A stretch of DNA of 59,746 nt, the filler included, from Basidiobolus meristosporus CBS 931.73 (lineage: Eukaryota; Fungi; Basidiobolomycota), in assembly GCA_002104905.1 (NCBI GenBank). It is 3 parts of 3 records of this genome, joined end to end, with 100 filler letters (N's around TTAATTAATTAA, not from the genome) between each part and the next. Parts side by side here need not be neighbours in the genome. Positions count along the whole stretch, not along the records: positions 1 to 26,829 come from MCFE01000911.1; positions 26,930 to 44,304 come from MCFE01001091.1; 1 more part is not named here. One strand, given 5' to 3'. This document shows positions 21,826-34,134 of the stretch, piece by piece. The first letter of the stretch is position 1. Each line of letters starts with the position of its first letter. The position numbers and the translations under genes were made by a program. The notes below the pieces were generated by a model. That model had not been told where the DNA came from, searched no databases, and saw nothing but the letters and a program-made list of their open reading frames with translations.

Positions 21826-23528
21826 ATGAAAGCTACCGAGCGAGAGCAGATGCAGGAGCGGTCTGCGTTGTTAGCTGAGCATGCGCCTAGAAGGGAGCAT
21901 CAGGTCCCGTATATTTGGCTTTACTTGTACCACACCTTCAAGTATGTTCCTATCTTTCCCGTCTCTTCATCCCTGTACTGATGTCGACACTTTGCATGGC
22001 AGCACCTGGAGCGATCGGTTTTACGAGTTTGCCACCTTTGTATTTATCATGGATATCTTCAAGAACACGCTGCTTCCCTCCTCCCTGTACGGCTTCGTTT
22101 TCACCGCCTCTGGGATTCTTTTGAGTAGCTCGGTTGGGAAGTGGATTGACCGGACTCCCAGGCTTCGAGGTAGTACTGCTTAGGTATCCTCGGGGGTCTA
22201 GCAACTAACGTGCGATTCCCTTGTAGCCATTCAGGTTTTCGTTCCAATCAAGCGACTCAGTGTGGCTTTGATATCACTTGGCTTCATTGTCCTCTTTGCA
22301 TTTTACGACTATGAAGTCATCCCCGACAGTGCAAAGCCGATGTGTTACACAATCTTTGGTGCCATCGTCCTGCTCGGTGGTACGCTGAAATTGGCCAGCG
22401 TTGGCGCCAGCATTGTGGTGGAGAAGGATTGGCTTGTGGTGATCGCGCAGTCCGATTCCGTCATACTTACGCGTGAGTGCATGGTTGTTTTCGGTGGTCA
22501 CCGATCGTAGGCTCATTAGATGTTGTTAGGCGCAAACTCTTTCATGCGGCGTATCGAGCTTGTCAATAAGATGATCACCCCGCTGGCTTTTGGCCTGATC
22601 GTCTCGCTACGATCCACGATGTTCTGCGTCGTCTTCACGGGCATCTGGTCCATCTTCTCGATGGTGTGTGAGCTGTATCTGATCAGGAAGGTGTACGACA
22701 GCATTCCCTGGCTGTCGGAGACCAAAGAGCCAACATTGGCCCAGTACTTCAGTATCGTCAACCACGAAGATGGTGCTGAGCTAGGGGAGCAGCTGGATAG
22801 ACGAGAATCTGAACCGTGGCCCCGACGCCTGTACAATGATTGGCTGGAGTACTACAAGCATCCCATATTCGCCGGTAAGTGTCTCAGAGGCTGCGGAGTG
22901 TTGATGGCGTACTAACGGGGCTGCTTAGTATCCCTTTCGTATGCGATGGTGTACATGTCGGTTTTGAGCGTCGCTGGCACCATGGTTTCTTGGCTCAAGT
23001 GGAGAGGCTACTCGGACTCCTCGGTTGGCATCATGCGCAGTGTTATGGCGCTGCTGGCCATCCTTGGGACATTCCTGATGCCCCTAATGTCGCGTTTCTT
23101 GGGATTAATGAAAACGGCCCAGATCGCAGTGAGTCTGGAGTGGGTCGCGCTGATCCCAGTGATCATCACATTCTCCTTGAGCCCCAGCTGGCTCACCACT
23201 GTACTACTCATTGGCGGTATCTCGCTCTCGCGAACCTGCGTGTGGATATTCGATCTTAGCCAGATGCAGATTCTCCAGGAGCAAATTTCCAACGGCCAGA
23301 CTGGGCTCATCCATGGCTGGCACTTCACGTTGTGCAACTTGTTTGATCTTGGCCAGTTTCTTTTGACCATCATCTGGAGTGATCCGCGTATCTTCAAGAT
23401 CCCAGCCATGGTTTCATTTTGCATGGTCTTCTTGGCCGCTTGTACATTCACTAGGTAAGCGTCGGCTGCTGATTTGGTCAATTTGGTTGCTAACGTGTGG
23501 TTCTAGATTTTACTACCGGTCCTCCTAG
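21826..23528 (+). CDS. FPN1: ferroportin (FPN1/SLC40A1-family) iron exporter, 6 exons, 473 aa
   Basis: Exons 21826-21941, 22003-22169, 22227-22472, 22530-22874, 22929-23454 and 23507-23528 total 1422 nt, in frame, with GT-AG introns of 52-61 nt. Motifs WSDRFYEFA, GKWIDRTPRL, VEKDWLVVI, MRRIE..TPLAFG, SRTCVWIFDLSQMQILQE. Confidence 0.9.
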
Positions 23529-24641
23529 ACGGCTGTTCTGTATACTGTATAAATAACCCCTATGCCTCCCATAAACGACAATAGACCAAAGATAGTAGAA
23601 CACCATTCCTTCGGTGGAATCTTCCGCACTTGCCTTATGGTGGAATCTTCTGGACTTACTGCTTTTGACTTCGGATGTGAGGAGGGAGCGTATTATTCCG
23701 AGGATAACGGTTGTTGGTAGTTCATGAACCACAAATAGTAATATATAAATCAATAGTACGCAGATGCGGTTAATCGATGGTGAAATCGGCTTAGTCGAGT
23801 GCGTGACTGATCACTGGCCGGTGTGGTTGATCTGATCACAGAATCTGAGATTTATTAAAGCCCAACGGTCTGGCGACATCGTATTGGTGGCTATGCCTAG
23901 AATCCATTGTATTGGTGGCTATACCTAGAACCCCATGATTCATATCATCTGCAGTAGATACACTGTAACGATTATCTCGCACAAAGCAAGCATGAGATGC
24001 GAAACAGTTTCACGTAGAGATTAGAGAACAAAACAATCGATTGTTGATGCAGTGTGGTGAGCATTGGCAGCCAACTAACTCGTACCAACAACCCATTGAT
24101 GATTAAAGCCACATTCATTTCCGCCACGCAAGAATTCCGTGAAACAAACTACATGGTGATCTGCAGCCTTTGCCGCGACTTACCGTTATCCCTTGTTTGA
24201 TGGATATTCTCTATCCATGATGTCAACATTTTCTATCTGTCCGCTGGAAGTTCATCACGCAGATGAAGGGCCTACAGGTGCATGGTAATGGCTGGAGATA
24301 GTCCGAAATGCACAGCACTACAGTCAGGGGAAGGTGATAACGGTCATTGATATTGATCCTTACTGGAATCATACCTCACTGATTCCTAAAACGATGGGAA
24401 TAAGCTTCTGTTTCGTTAAACGAGTTGGCTTTGTGACTCGATGTTTTCTGTTCATGCACGATTGGTGCACATGTGACGAGATTCTGGAGAACCAACAGTC
24501 ACACTTATAAATGTACATTAACTTGTTTCTGTACGAATAATATTTCCTAGTGTTACTATACTCTATCGTGCAGTCCTTTGATTCTTCCTTCCTTTAGTTC
24601 AAGTGCCATTCCATCGACTTTTCTCGGTCGTTTGAGATTTA

Positions 24642-24668
24642 TCTCTCTCTCTCTCTCTCTCTCTCTCT
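24642..24668 (+). repeat. (TC)n microsatellite, 27 bp
   Basis: Pure TC run about 105 bp upstream of the RNB-family gene ATG. Confidence 0.95.
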
Positions 24669-24773
24669 TCATACCCTAAACTGCTTTCATTCATTAAATC
24701 GATATTCCCTATATTATAGAAGCGCACTCACTAGTCTTCGCCACTCTATCCACTTCATTTGATATACACAAGA

Positions 24774-26829
24774 ATGAGCTCCTACTATCAGAGTGAAACT
24801 AAGCTTGGTCAGCTAACTTCACAAAATCCCAGTGAAGAAAGCCTCTATCCTGTTCAACCCGTCACAACTTGGAGTATTTCGCAGGTAAGAGCCAGGAATT
24901 TCCTGTGTAGATCCACCATATGGAAAGAAATCTAACTTCTCTATTAAAGGAGAAGTCATTTTCCTCAAGACCTTATGATTCACATGGCCAATCCGGGTCC
25001 GGCCTCCTTCCTCACGATAAGCTAAGCCAACTGAAGCATAATTCTCACAGCTCTGCCTTCAGGGGATTCCCGCATTACTCTGAGGGTGCAAGCACTCGGT
25101 TCAATGCTGATAGGCCCAGCGTTCTAGGATCCCAAAATTCAGGAGTAAACCTGAATGGACGTCGCATGAGTCTTCCCTTCGGAAATAGTAGGTCTCAGGA
25201 TCATCACCGCCTTTCCAGACTAGATACACACCTTCACCTCCCAGGTCTGGGTGATTTGCATTCACCTGAGCTAGCCCAACCGAAGCTTCCGAACTTCCTG
25301 TTGAGTGGAGACTATGATTCGCCAGATCTAGAGCATTCAATATATGCGGATTTCTTGAAAAGCACGACAAGCCGGCACCCATGGGAGAATATATCTTCTC
25401 CCTATTCTCATTTGTCTCATATGAATACCTCCAGTCTGCATAAAGCAAGCGGAAGAACGCCTGGGCAACCTCACCAACAACAGTGGGGTATGAGTCACAG
25501 CCATCAAATGAGTGCCGAATTGAATGGACGCTATATTTTCAACCCCGAGAACAATTCCCATACAATATCCGACAGCTTGTGGGATCCGAAGGGCTCCAAT
25601 ACTGAACTGAAGTACCAAGGTGAGTTGAACCTAGTCCGAATGTGTGGATAGACTTGCTAACCAGGCTCTTTGCTGATATGGTGTAGCAAACCAAATCCTC
25701 TCTTTGTTGCACTCCCAAGCACCACCGTATGACTTGAATCAAGAGCAGTATTCACATTCGGGTATGTTGGTTTGAAATCGCTAGAGCTCTTTATGCCCAA
25801 AGGCTTATTTTCTTGCGTATCTCTTTTATTCGTACCAACAGGTTATCCACTTAAACAGACTGGTCACGGTATTGTGAATCCCTTAGTATCCCATTTCGCA
25901 GTTTGGTCACTAATCCATGTACTTACCACAGATCAAAATCGGAAATTCCTCTTCGATAAATACTACTCCGAGGAAGTCCTGGCGGAAGGGTTGCAATTGG
26001 GAACTGTTCTAAAAGGGATTTTAAGAATAAATAAACGAAATCGCTCGGATGCGTATGTCGTCACAGAGGAGCTCGATCAGGATGTGTACATTTGTGGCAA
26101 TCGATTGAGAAACCGTGGCTTAGAGGGTGATACAGTGGCCATTACTCTATTAGACCAGCAGCAGGTACAAAGAACTCGTCAGCAGCGTAACCGAGAGGCA
26201 GAAAGACGCGGTAGAAAGATCAAAGCCACCGACGAAGAGAATGATACCGAGCCAAAATACTATGGTCAGGTAGTCGCCATTTTGCAGCGCGGCGGAGGCA
26301 ACGTATATTCTGGGACATTAATGCTGAACCGGCCGAACTCGAAATGTCACGACTCCGAACAGCCGAAAAACCCTTCGAAGGAGCTGGAAAAGCCGACCAT
26401 GAAGAAACCTCGTATTGTGTGGTTCAAACCATCCGACAAAAGACTACCGTTGATGGTTCTTCCTATTGATGAAGCCCCGCCAAATTATATGGAGGACCAT
26501 GTGGAGCATTCGAAACAAATATTTCTGGTTTCTATCAAGCGCTGGCCTCCTACCACTCTACATCCGTTTGCTACCCTAGTCGGAAAGCTCGGGAGCATCG
26601 GGGATATCGAAGCCGAGACTGCCGCCATTCTGGCTGATAATGACATTACCACCGAAGACTTTGACGAAAGCGTACAAAACTGTCTTCCGGCCATGCCTTG
26701 GTCAATCCCAGCGAGTGAATACCAATCGAGAAAAGATCTACGGGAAGATCGCATCTTCACCATCGATCCATCAACCGCCAAAGATCTGGATGATGCTGTG
26801 TCTGCAAGCGACTTGAAGATGGAAACTTC
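24774..26829 (+). CDS. Dis3L2/Ssd1-family RNB (RNase II) protein, 5' part, truncated by the assembly gap
   Basis: Low-complexity N-terminus over several exons (first intron 24885-24949). Then GILRINKRNRSDAYV..YICGNRLRNRGLEGDTVAI (CSD1), IVWFKPSDKRLPL, IKRWPPTTLHPF, and RIFTIDPSTAKDLDDA. Confidence 0.9.
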
Positions 26830-26929
26830 NNNNNNNNNNNNNNNNNNNNNNNNNNNNNNNNNNNNNNNNNNNNTTAATTAATTAANNNNNNNNNNNNNNN
26901 NNNNNNNNNNNNNNNNNNNNNNNNNNNNN
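26830..26929. other. artificial contig linker N44-TTAATTAATTAA-N44
   Basis: Exactly 100 bp with a six-frame stop palindrome; identical to 44305-44404. Confidence 0.97.
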
Positions 26930-27049
26930 GCTGCGGTAATGAACCCTTCTATACTCGCGAGTGCATGGAGAAGAACAGCCGATTGCGGCAGCAGCGGCAA
27001 CTTGAAGAGCGGCAAGGCCTAGTATCACTGCTATGGTAGTAGAGCGCAT
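26930..27049 (-). CDS. secreted-protein family A, copy 1 (5' end only, cut by gap)
   Basis: MRSTTIAVILGLAALQVAAAAAIGCSSPCTREYRRVHYRS: signal-peptide-like; TATA (TATATAAAAA revcomp) upstream near 27110. Confidence 0.6.
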
Positions 27050-27402
27050 GCTGAAGAATAGCTGAGAAATAAGTTGGTTGCATACGACACTATATAGCAT
27101 GGGAGGCTATATAAAAAGGTTAAACCGAGGGCATAAAGTGAGTATTATTAGATACATTCTGTAATGGACTTTATTGAGGAAACATACAAAACGCGTGCGC
27201 TGGAATGACAGCCTCTGTGTATAAATATGGCTCTATCACCGCTGCCCATAATTCTCTTCAGTACAAATTATGCCATTATTTACAACGATAAGGGACGCTA
27301 TTTCTGCGTGTGCATATCAGCACATTCTTGAGTACTTGTACATCATCAGTATACCGAGTAATATGCTGCTCATTTTATTTTGTAAATTTACTTTTACTAG
27401 AC

Positions 27403-27948
27403 TTAATGTCTGTTTCCACTGAAATATCTAACTTTGAAGTGGCGCCGAGCAGGTCTCTTATACTTCTTGTACCCCCCTCTGAGTGCACGCGCTGCTGGCT
27501 GAGGGATGATAATTTGTGGCTGTTGCTGCTTGGGCTGGTAAAGGGTTTGATCAATGACTTGCGCTTGGTCGAACTGGTTTGAGTTGGACAAGGCATTGGC
27601 TTTACTGGCAGAATGGCCATTGACGTTGTCTAACAAGGCTTGGGATGGTTGAAGATTGGAAATATCAAACCCCTGCAACCCAGAGAATCTTGGATGCTCA
27701 CCCGAAGTCTCGCTTTTTTGCATTGGCTCACTCATTTCTGAATCGTCCCCCTCCTCAGTTGACGGCTGGTATTTTTGACTAGGGGCCGAAGTGTCCCGAT
27801 AACAAGCACCTTGTTGTTCGACACATGGCTCACTAGCGAAGGCTACCTGGGAGTCACCGAGCGGGGTAGCGGAGATTGCTTGTAACGAAGCGATGGCGGA
27901 AACTAGCAAGAGGAAGGAAAGCTGCATGACTGAATGATGGAGTCTCAT
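27403..27948 (-). CDS. secreted-protein family B, copy 1 (181 aa; signal, acidic/Gln-rich middle, basic C-terminus)
   Basis: MQLSFLLLVSAIASLQAISA-TPL signal; TATA-like upstream at ~27965; paralogues at 34135-34710 and 37999-38550. Confidence 0.75.
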   Translation of the reverse strand: MRLHHSVMQLSFLLLVSAIASLQAISATPLGDSQVAFASEPCVEQQGACYRDTSAPSQKYQPSTEEGDDSEMSEPMQKSETSGEHPRFSGLQGFDISNLQPSQALLDNVNGHSASKANALSNSNQFDQAQVIDQTLYQPKQQQPQIIIPQPAARALRGGYKKYKRPARRHFKVRYFSGNRH

Positions 27949-29270
27949 GCGAAATTTCCCGATTTATATCACCTTCTCGATCCCACTCAATTATGCTTCG
28001 TTCATAGCATTAGCTTTACGCAAGCTAGTTTGATTTAACCTTTGCTACTTTACCTCTTCGTACCAAGGCTACATAGTATAGGTTGCACTTTAAAGTGTGA
28101 AGAATGAGGGCAAGTATCTCTTACGATAGTCCTATCATTGCCTGGAAGGTATTGTCCTTTGGTAGTGCTGTTTTCTTGCTATACACATGCTTTAATATAT
28201 TACTGATCTTACCCTGCCGCAACTGGAGAGCAGTCACCACAGTCAAGCTTTGGGGCACGCTTATTAAATTAACCAGTTATTACAAGAACCTAGGGTTGTT
28301 GCTGATTGATGAACAATACGACTGTCACGGGGTGTACAGCACAGTACAGGCAAGAATAAATTGATTAGCTGTTTGCCAAGAGTTGGGGATATTGAGTGGA
28401 TAGTGCTTGGGATAGTTGAGGCTGCCTTGGAATTTCTTGTTGTAGTACACGCGTTTTCAATTAGTTATTTGTCAAGAAGCAAGCCAAATGTGACTGTTCA
28501 CTTTATTTGTGTTACGTTTTAATTATCCTACTACAATTGATAGCTTCGATGGCGATGCTTTTTTGCTAGACACATACTCTTGTCAATTGCTAACTTCACT
28601 CTGCCACAGATGGAGTACAGCGTCGGATTAAGAGCTCAGCCACCGACTATCACGGTCATTCTTTTGGGCAAGTTTATTATATAACCTGTTATTACATGAA
28701 CAGACTCATTGCTGATTGGTGCAAATCCTTGTCGCCAATGACCGGCATGGTGCGTAGAGACGGTGCCGGCAAGAAGAAATTATTCACGGTTGTGTTTAGC
28801 CAGTACGGTAAGACATCAGCCAGGTCCATAGAGACCAATGTGTATTGATTTTAATGGCTTTGGGTTGGACTTTCCGTTGGTGAATTTTGGCGATGGGCTA
28901 TGGCCTCGGAATTAAAGTTGATGACGCTCCTTGCCTCGCTATTCAATAGAAAAGTATGTTGAGAAGGATAGTGATTCATATATTTTCCGTGCAATTACTC
29001 ATTGAATCATTGTCAGCCAGAATGCTGTAAAACTTGTTTCCTCAGGTAATGTTGCAGATTTGGCCTCAACTGTAGTCATTCATGATTCTCCAAGCTTGGC
29101 CTAAGACTCAGCACTTTAGATTGGAAGCCGCTATACTTAATAGAAAAGGGCACATGAAGCAGCCGTGAGTATAATTACACAACACTAAGCCACCACCTGG
29201 ATAAGGTGATATAAAGCAGCAGGTGTGGGCTTGTCAGTCTTAAGACTTATTGCACTCCACTTCCTCAGCC

Positions 29271-29489
29271 ATGGTATCCGATCAAGAAGCCCGTTTGTAT
29301 TCTGCCGATGTCAGAGAAGAAATTGCCAGAGCCAAGAGAGCTAACAACGGAAACTACACCTCAGTCACAGTCAAAGGGATTCGCTGGACTTGGAGAGGAC
29401 CCGGAACTGGCGAGCTGCCCTTCCAGCAGATCCTCAAAGGGAGAAAGCTCACTGTCTGCGTGGATAGCCAGACATGGGTAATCTCGTAG
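29271..29489 (+). CDS. small 72-aa hypothetical protein (family D, copy 1)
   Basis: GCCATGG start, TATAAA about 60 nt upstream, AATAAA downstream (~29566); broken paralogue at 39869-40085. Confidence 0.5.
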   Translation: MVSDQEARLYSADVREEIARAKRANNGNYTSVTVKGIRWTWRGPGTGELPFQQILKGRKLTVCVDSQTWVIS

Positions 29490-30815
29490 GGTTTGGTTGG
29501 TGCCTACGTAGCCGATGGACTCTTGGAGATGTTACTGTTAAGGATATTTAGCTGAAGCATTGTGAAATAAATGAGTTCAAATCCGCATTCCTTTGACCCG
29601 GCTGTATTATGCTCATTGCACTTTATTAAATATGTGTGAACTGCTACTTTGATTGTCTAAGTATAGCGTGAGAGCAGAGTCTTACCCCGGTCATGCTTTT
29701 GATCAGATATACGTGTACAACTGCCATGTACAGGCATCCGTTCCAGCAATCAGTATCGTGTCACACGCTCCGTACTTCTGAAGACAATCAATTTCTGTTG
29801 CGGTCAATATGATATGGCACCCCTGAGGTCTTTCAGGTAACTGGCGAGTACTTCGCTTTTGCCTTAGTAGATGATATAGGCCGTTTAAGCGTTGGCTTCC
29901 TTTAGAAAAGGCATTGTTTAATTTCTGTTACCAAACAACCTAGATCTCAACATATATCCTAAATAACCTTGAGACCGTTAAGCATCTATCAGCAGGACAC
30001 CGCTTTGAATCTGTAACAGCTATTGCGCTGATCTATGTAAGTGCTGAAGAAATCAACGTGTTTCTAAGGAGGAAAAATAGATTATCTAGAACTCTTATTT
30101 TGAGTACTCCTGCAGCCATATTGGTATATTGCTAGATGCCAAGCTCCGCAACCTCAGTTATTGTACCTAGACAGAGCATGGCAAATTTGGTGAGTTGCTG
30201 TTCAGTGCCTATTGGTCCACACTTCCAGGTGCAATATAGAGTGAAGCTTACAATCTGTTTACCCACATTGACTTGTGCTTGACTAAATAGATGAAGTTGG
30301 AAATAAGCATTTGATTTACCCTATATTACTCAAATACTGTCTATTGGCAGTTTATGTATTTGGGAGCTTGCCTGTAGGTTAAGTGATCCTAACAGGGTGA
30401 ATAACCTTTCACAAGATTTGGTAATATGCTATCATGAAATTCACACACAAGTATTACTGTTGGAAGCACTAGCCTAAGGTTTTTGCCAAAGGTTGATGAT
30501 TCTCTAAACAGAATAGGAAACATTAAAGTGATTTATTTGCATCAAACAGGAGCACTAGGACTTTGGAAATCACTAATTAGTAATTATAATGGTATTCCGG
30601 GCCCTGATCTTATGGGAATCAATAGCCACATACATTTACTAGTGTATTTATACTTTGACAGAGTAGGACTGTTATTTATACCGGTGTACATGATGAGTAG
30701 CATGTATGGTTAGAACACCCCAACATACACTGTTACATAACTGCTGTTTACTTCGTTATCAAGCTACTATGTATACTTACATTATTTCTAGCATTCAACA
30801 TTGAATGTATTAGAC

Positions 30816-30992
30816 TTATTGATCATCAGATATAGCATCTTTGGCCGTATCCAGTATCCCAGAATACGGATCTCCAACGCACAAGGAGCCTCTTGAGTTC
30901 CCTTGGGCTTGGCACAAGAGAGCATATACGGAGCCGGAACTGGAGCTGGCCACAAGAAAGGCGACCATCAAGGAAACAGCAAATTTCTTCAT
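30816..30992 (-). CDS. 58-aa putative secreted peptide (below the ORF-track cutoff)
   Basis: MKKFAVSLMVAFLVASSSSGSVYA-LLCQAQGNSRGSLCVGDPYSGILDTAKDAISDDQ; ACAATG start, TATATA about 55 nt upstream. Confidence 0.45.
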   Translation of the reverse strand: MKKFAVSLMVAFLVASSSSGSVYALLCQAQGNSRGSLCVGDPYSGILDTAKDAISDDQ

Positions 30993-33406
30993 TGTTTTAA
31001 TTGAGAGCTTAGTGTGTGAATGATGTCTAGCAGCAAGGTTAGCTCAATATATAGGCGTCATTTCCACATTGTAGCACATACTTTCGTCAATAGTCGCTGT
31101 GACTAGCTCTACAAATGGTTGTGCAAGAGAGAAGGTTACCTGGGTAATGTAAACCAGTTCCACAAAGCTGCAGCATTAAGGTGGTATTTCTCGTATGGCA
31201 TAGTGGTACAGAGATAATGTGGTATTAATACGCAAAAGCAAAATCAATGAACCGGGTTGCTCATCAGATATGCTATTGTGTAGTCGTAGTTCTTCACCGA
31301 TAAAGCATCTTTGGCCTCTAACTGGAAAGTAAGTCAGGACCTCGAGATGCATAGACAATGTTGATACTTACGTTTAGTGTAACATGTACATTCCATGGCT
31401 GTTGTGGCTAAGCAGTCTATAACAATGGAATGAGTGTGGATACTTTGATTACAGTCACTCTACCATTTGAGACTTAATCGAGATATGCAAAGTCCTAGGT
31501 AACACTGTCGCTTATAAAGTATAAATGAATCTTGATTTTTAAGCCTTTGCAATAACACGCAAGTATTTGATACAACTTTAGTGTTTGTAGCGACTTGCTT
31601 CACATAGAAGTATAATTTACATTACAAGTGCTTTGTATACAATGAATCAATAACTGCTGTTCATTGTCAGACTAATACTCACTACAATTATTGTCCTTGT
31701 CAAGCCACAACAAAATATCCAGTTAGGCCATCAGTCCATTCAAGTTGTTCATGTCTCTAGAGCGGTGCATCAGCTGTGGGTTAAGTATTGGCATAGTAGT
31801 GAGATGATAGACCCGAATCGAGGCTACAATCACTGCGTTGGTGGCAAGAAAACTGAGTATACAACACCGCAGGTTTGTTCATTCATTTCAATGAAGCCTT
31901 TTTGGATGAGAAATAGGAGCCACGCATCCTCAATATTTCGGTGTATGCGTTGATATGCCAGGCAAACTCCACACTTTCCGTTATAACATGAGCTACGGGG
32001 AATCAAGTCGGCAATCTCCAGAATAACGGTGTGTAAGTACTTCACCTGAAAATATCTTTGAAACAGTGTCCGTGGTACTAGGGGTTCGAGCTAGAAGCTA
32101 GATAAAGAGTTTGATAATTACAATGCCTCTCTGTACTCCCCCCCCACTGGCCCTATGCCCCGGCACAGATAGCTCTTGCCCGAAATCATTACGCAGGAGT
32201 GTCACCATACAGTCATCCCTGAGGTATGTGAGTGTGGTAGGATCTACTAAGGAACAGTGAAGGTAGCTTAAAGCGATGATAATACATATTAAAGCATTGC
32301 AATAAATAACCTTAATACCATATTCTCTATCTGACTATGTTGCCGACAACCAAATGTGGAGTGCCCCTATTCCTTTGGTGTCTGGAGCAGTCAGAGGTTG
32401 GCAAGTCTGAGTGGATGGTCATCAGTAGCCGCTACAATAAAGTGAGACTACCAACTTACTCTTTTCCTATTTTTATGCAAAGTTGTGTGTCCACTTAAAC
32501 ATTCAATTATCAATTTGATTTTAATGATCAGAAAGCTGTAATCGTAATCAAACAAGTATGCTATTTTGCAATCAAAATTTTGAGTATTTTTCATTTCTTT
32601 GCTTGCTGATTTTCGAAGTGAATATGTAGCGAAATAGATTGGTATTTTGATTTGATTTTTGAATGATAGTTGGGTAACAACAAGCTGTCAGAATGAGCAA
32701 ACCGTCCTTTAGGGTCTTTGTTGGGAATGTACTATATATATAATCCTGCAAAGTACAGTCGTAACGATACCAAACGACAGATGCTCCCTATTTGTAGGAA
32801 AAAAAAGATAAAAATTTTCACTCCTTTCGTGGCCAAATCCCATAATATTGAAATCAACTAAAATCAGTGTATTATATATACTGTTCTGGACTGCAAATAT
32901 TGACTATGAAATAACCAACTACGTAAGAACAGTGCCATTCCTGTGTGCACGCTTCAAGCCCTTGCTTGAGAAATCGTAGTATGAGTCATTTTGCGTCTCA
33001 CGAATAACACCAAAAATCACATTTACAGCAATTTAACCCCCAATATCGATACAACTATTTACAGTTCGATGGAATGAGCACACAAACATTGAAACTGGCG
33101 CTGAAAAGGACTCACTGACATCTCAAAGTAGGAGTCCACCAGTTCTCTAAACGCGGTGGTTGATACACAACGCTGATTGCGCTTCTCTATCCGGCAATGT
33201 TGCATGCACTATTTCACCTTTGCCACCAACCAAATGTAAAGTGCTCTTGTTACTCCGGTGTCTGTCGTTGTGAGCTATTGCCAGATATCGATTCTTTTGA
33301 CTGGTTAACGTGGATGATAGTCTATGTACTGTGAGAGTAGTAGTCGTGCAAAGAGGGCTTATTTGTTTTGCCTACTCAATACTCTCAGTTTAGGTTGATT
33401 TAACTA

Positions 33407-33916
33407 TCAGGCGCAATTGTCAGCACAATGTGTGTATTGAATATTTTGTTCTTTCACGCATTGTGTCTCTATTACTGGGGTTGTGTACTGTACATCTTGG
33501 GTGGGCTGCATCAGAACGTAGGGATGTGAAGAACTATCGTCCGAGTGTTCCGCTCCCTTTTGCTTAGCATATTCTAATGCGTTACCCCGACCCTCCAGTT
33601 CAAGACTGGGCCCTGCTTGATACTTGATACTGAAGCCCTGATTGCTGTTGGCATTAGCAATGTTCAGGCTATCGTGCTTTCTGGTCACGGTGGTGAGAAC
33701 CTGACGCAATAACACGGATTGGACATTGGGCGCCTTAAAGACAGGGAAAACTTGAACCTTTTGGTAGTAATCGTTCGCATACTGTACACATGTTTAACTG
33801 CGATAATGAACCCTTCTATACTCGCGAGTGCATTGAGAAGAACAGCCGATTGGGGCAGCAACGGCAACTTGATTCGCGGTAAGGCCTACACTCACTGCTA
33901 CAGTAATAAAGCGCAG
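33407..33916 (-). pseudogene. secreted-protein family A, copy 2 (ATG replaced by CTG, TAA at 33794-33796)
   Basis: One 170-codon frame collinear with copy 3; the upstream promoter segment differs from copies 1 and 3. Confidence 0.7.
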
Positions 33917-34134
33917 GTGGAGCAAATAACGTATTTGTGGGCTGTTGTATAGCATACAATATGGGTTAGCTGGGGAAATTGCTATTATGTATTTCATGTC
34001 TCACTTTCATTGATTAATCAGGTCATTACTCACAAAATTATTATGCTTTTTGAGTACCATCAGTTTTTTGAATTCCCTTCATGCATGCCCATAGTTTCTT
34101 ATTTTTTCAATGTTCTTCCATTATTTCGTGGAGC

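Larger units (their letters stand above)
26930..30520 (+). repeat. segmental duplication unit 1 (direct repeat of ~37550-41450)
   Basis: Continuous similarity at about 10.6 kb offset, including genes A, B, D and intergenic DNA; ends approximate. Confidence 0.9.

Noticed and set aside
26830-26929. TTAATTAATTAA palindrome as a regulatory site, and ORFs crossing it
   Set aside because: Six-frame stop spacer inside a fixed 100-bp gap; assembly artefact.
28104-28364. 86-aa hydrophobic ORF kept in both duplicates (also 38703-38963)
   Set aside because: The copies are similar enough that ORF retention is expected by chance, and there is no recognisable motif or promoter. Not excluded, but unsupported.
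31830-32045. 71-aa Cys-containing ORF as a protease fragment
   Set aside because: No catalytic motif; the frame does not extend convincingly.
33780-33830. Intron in family A removing the copy-2 stop
   Set aside because: The candidate introns are 30 nt (too short versus 52-65 nt here) or 40 nt (frame-breaking), and copy 3 reads through this segment in frame.
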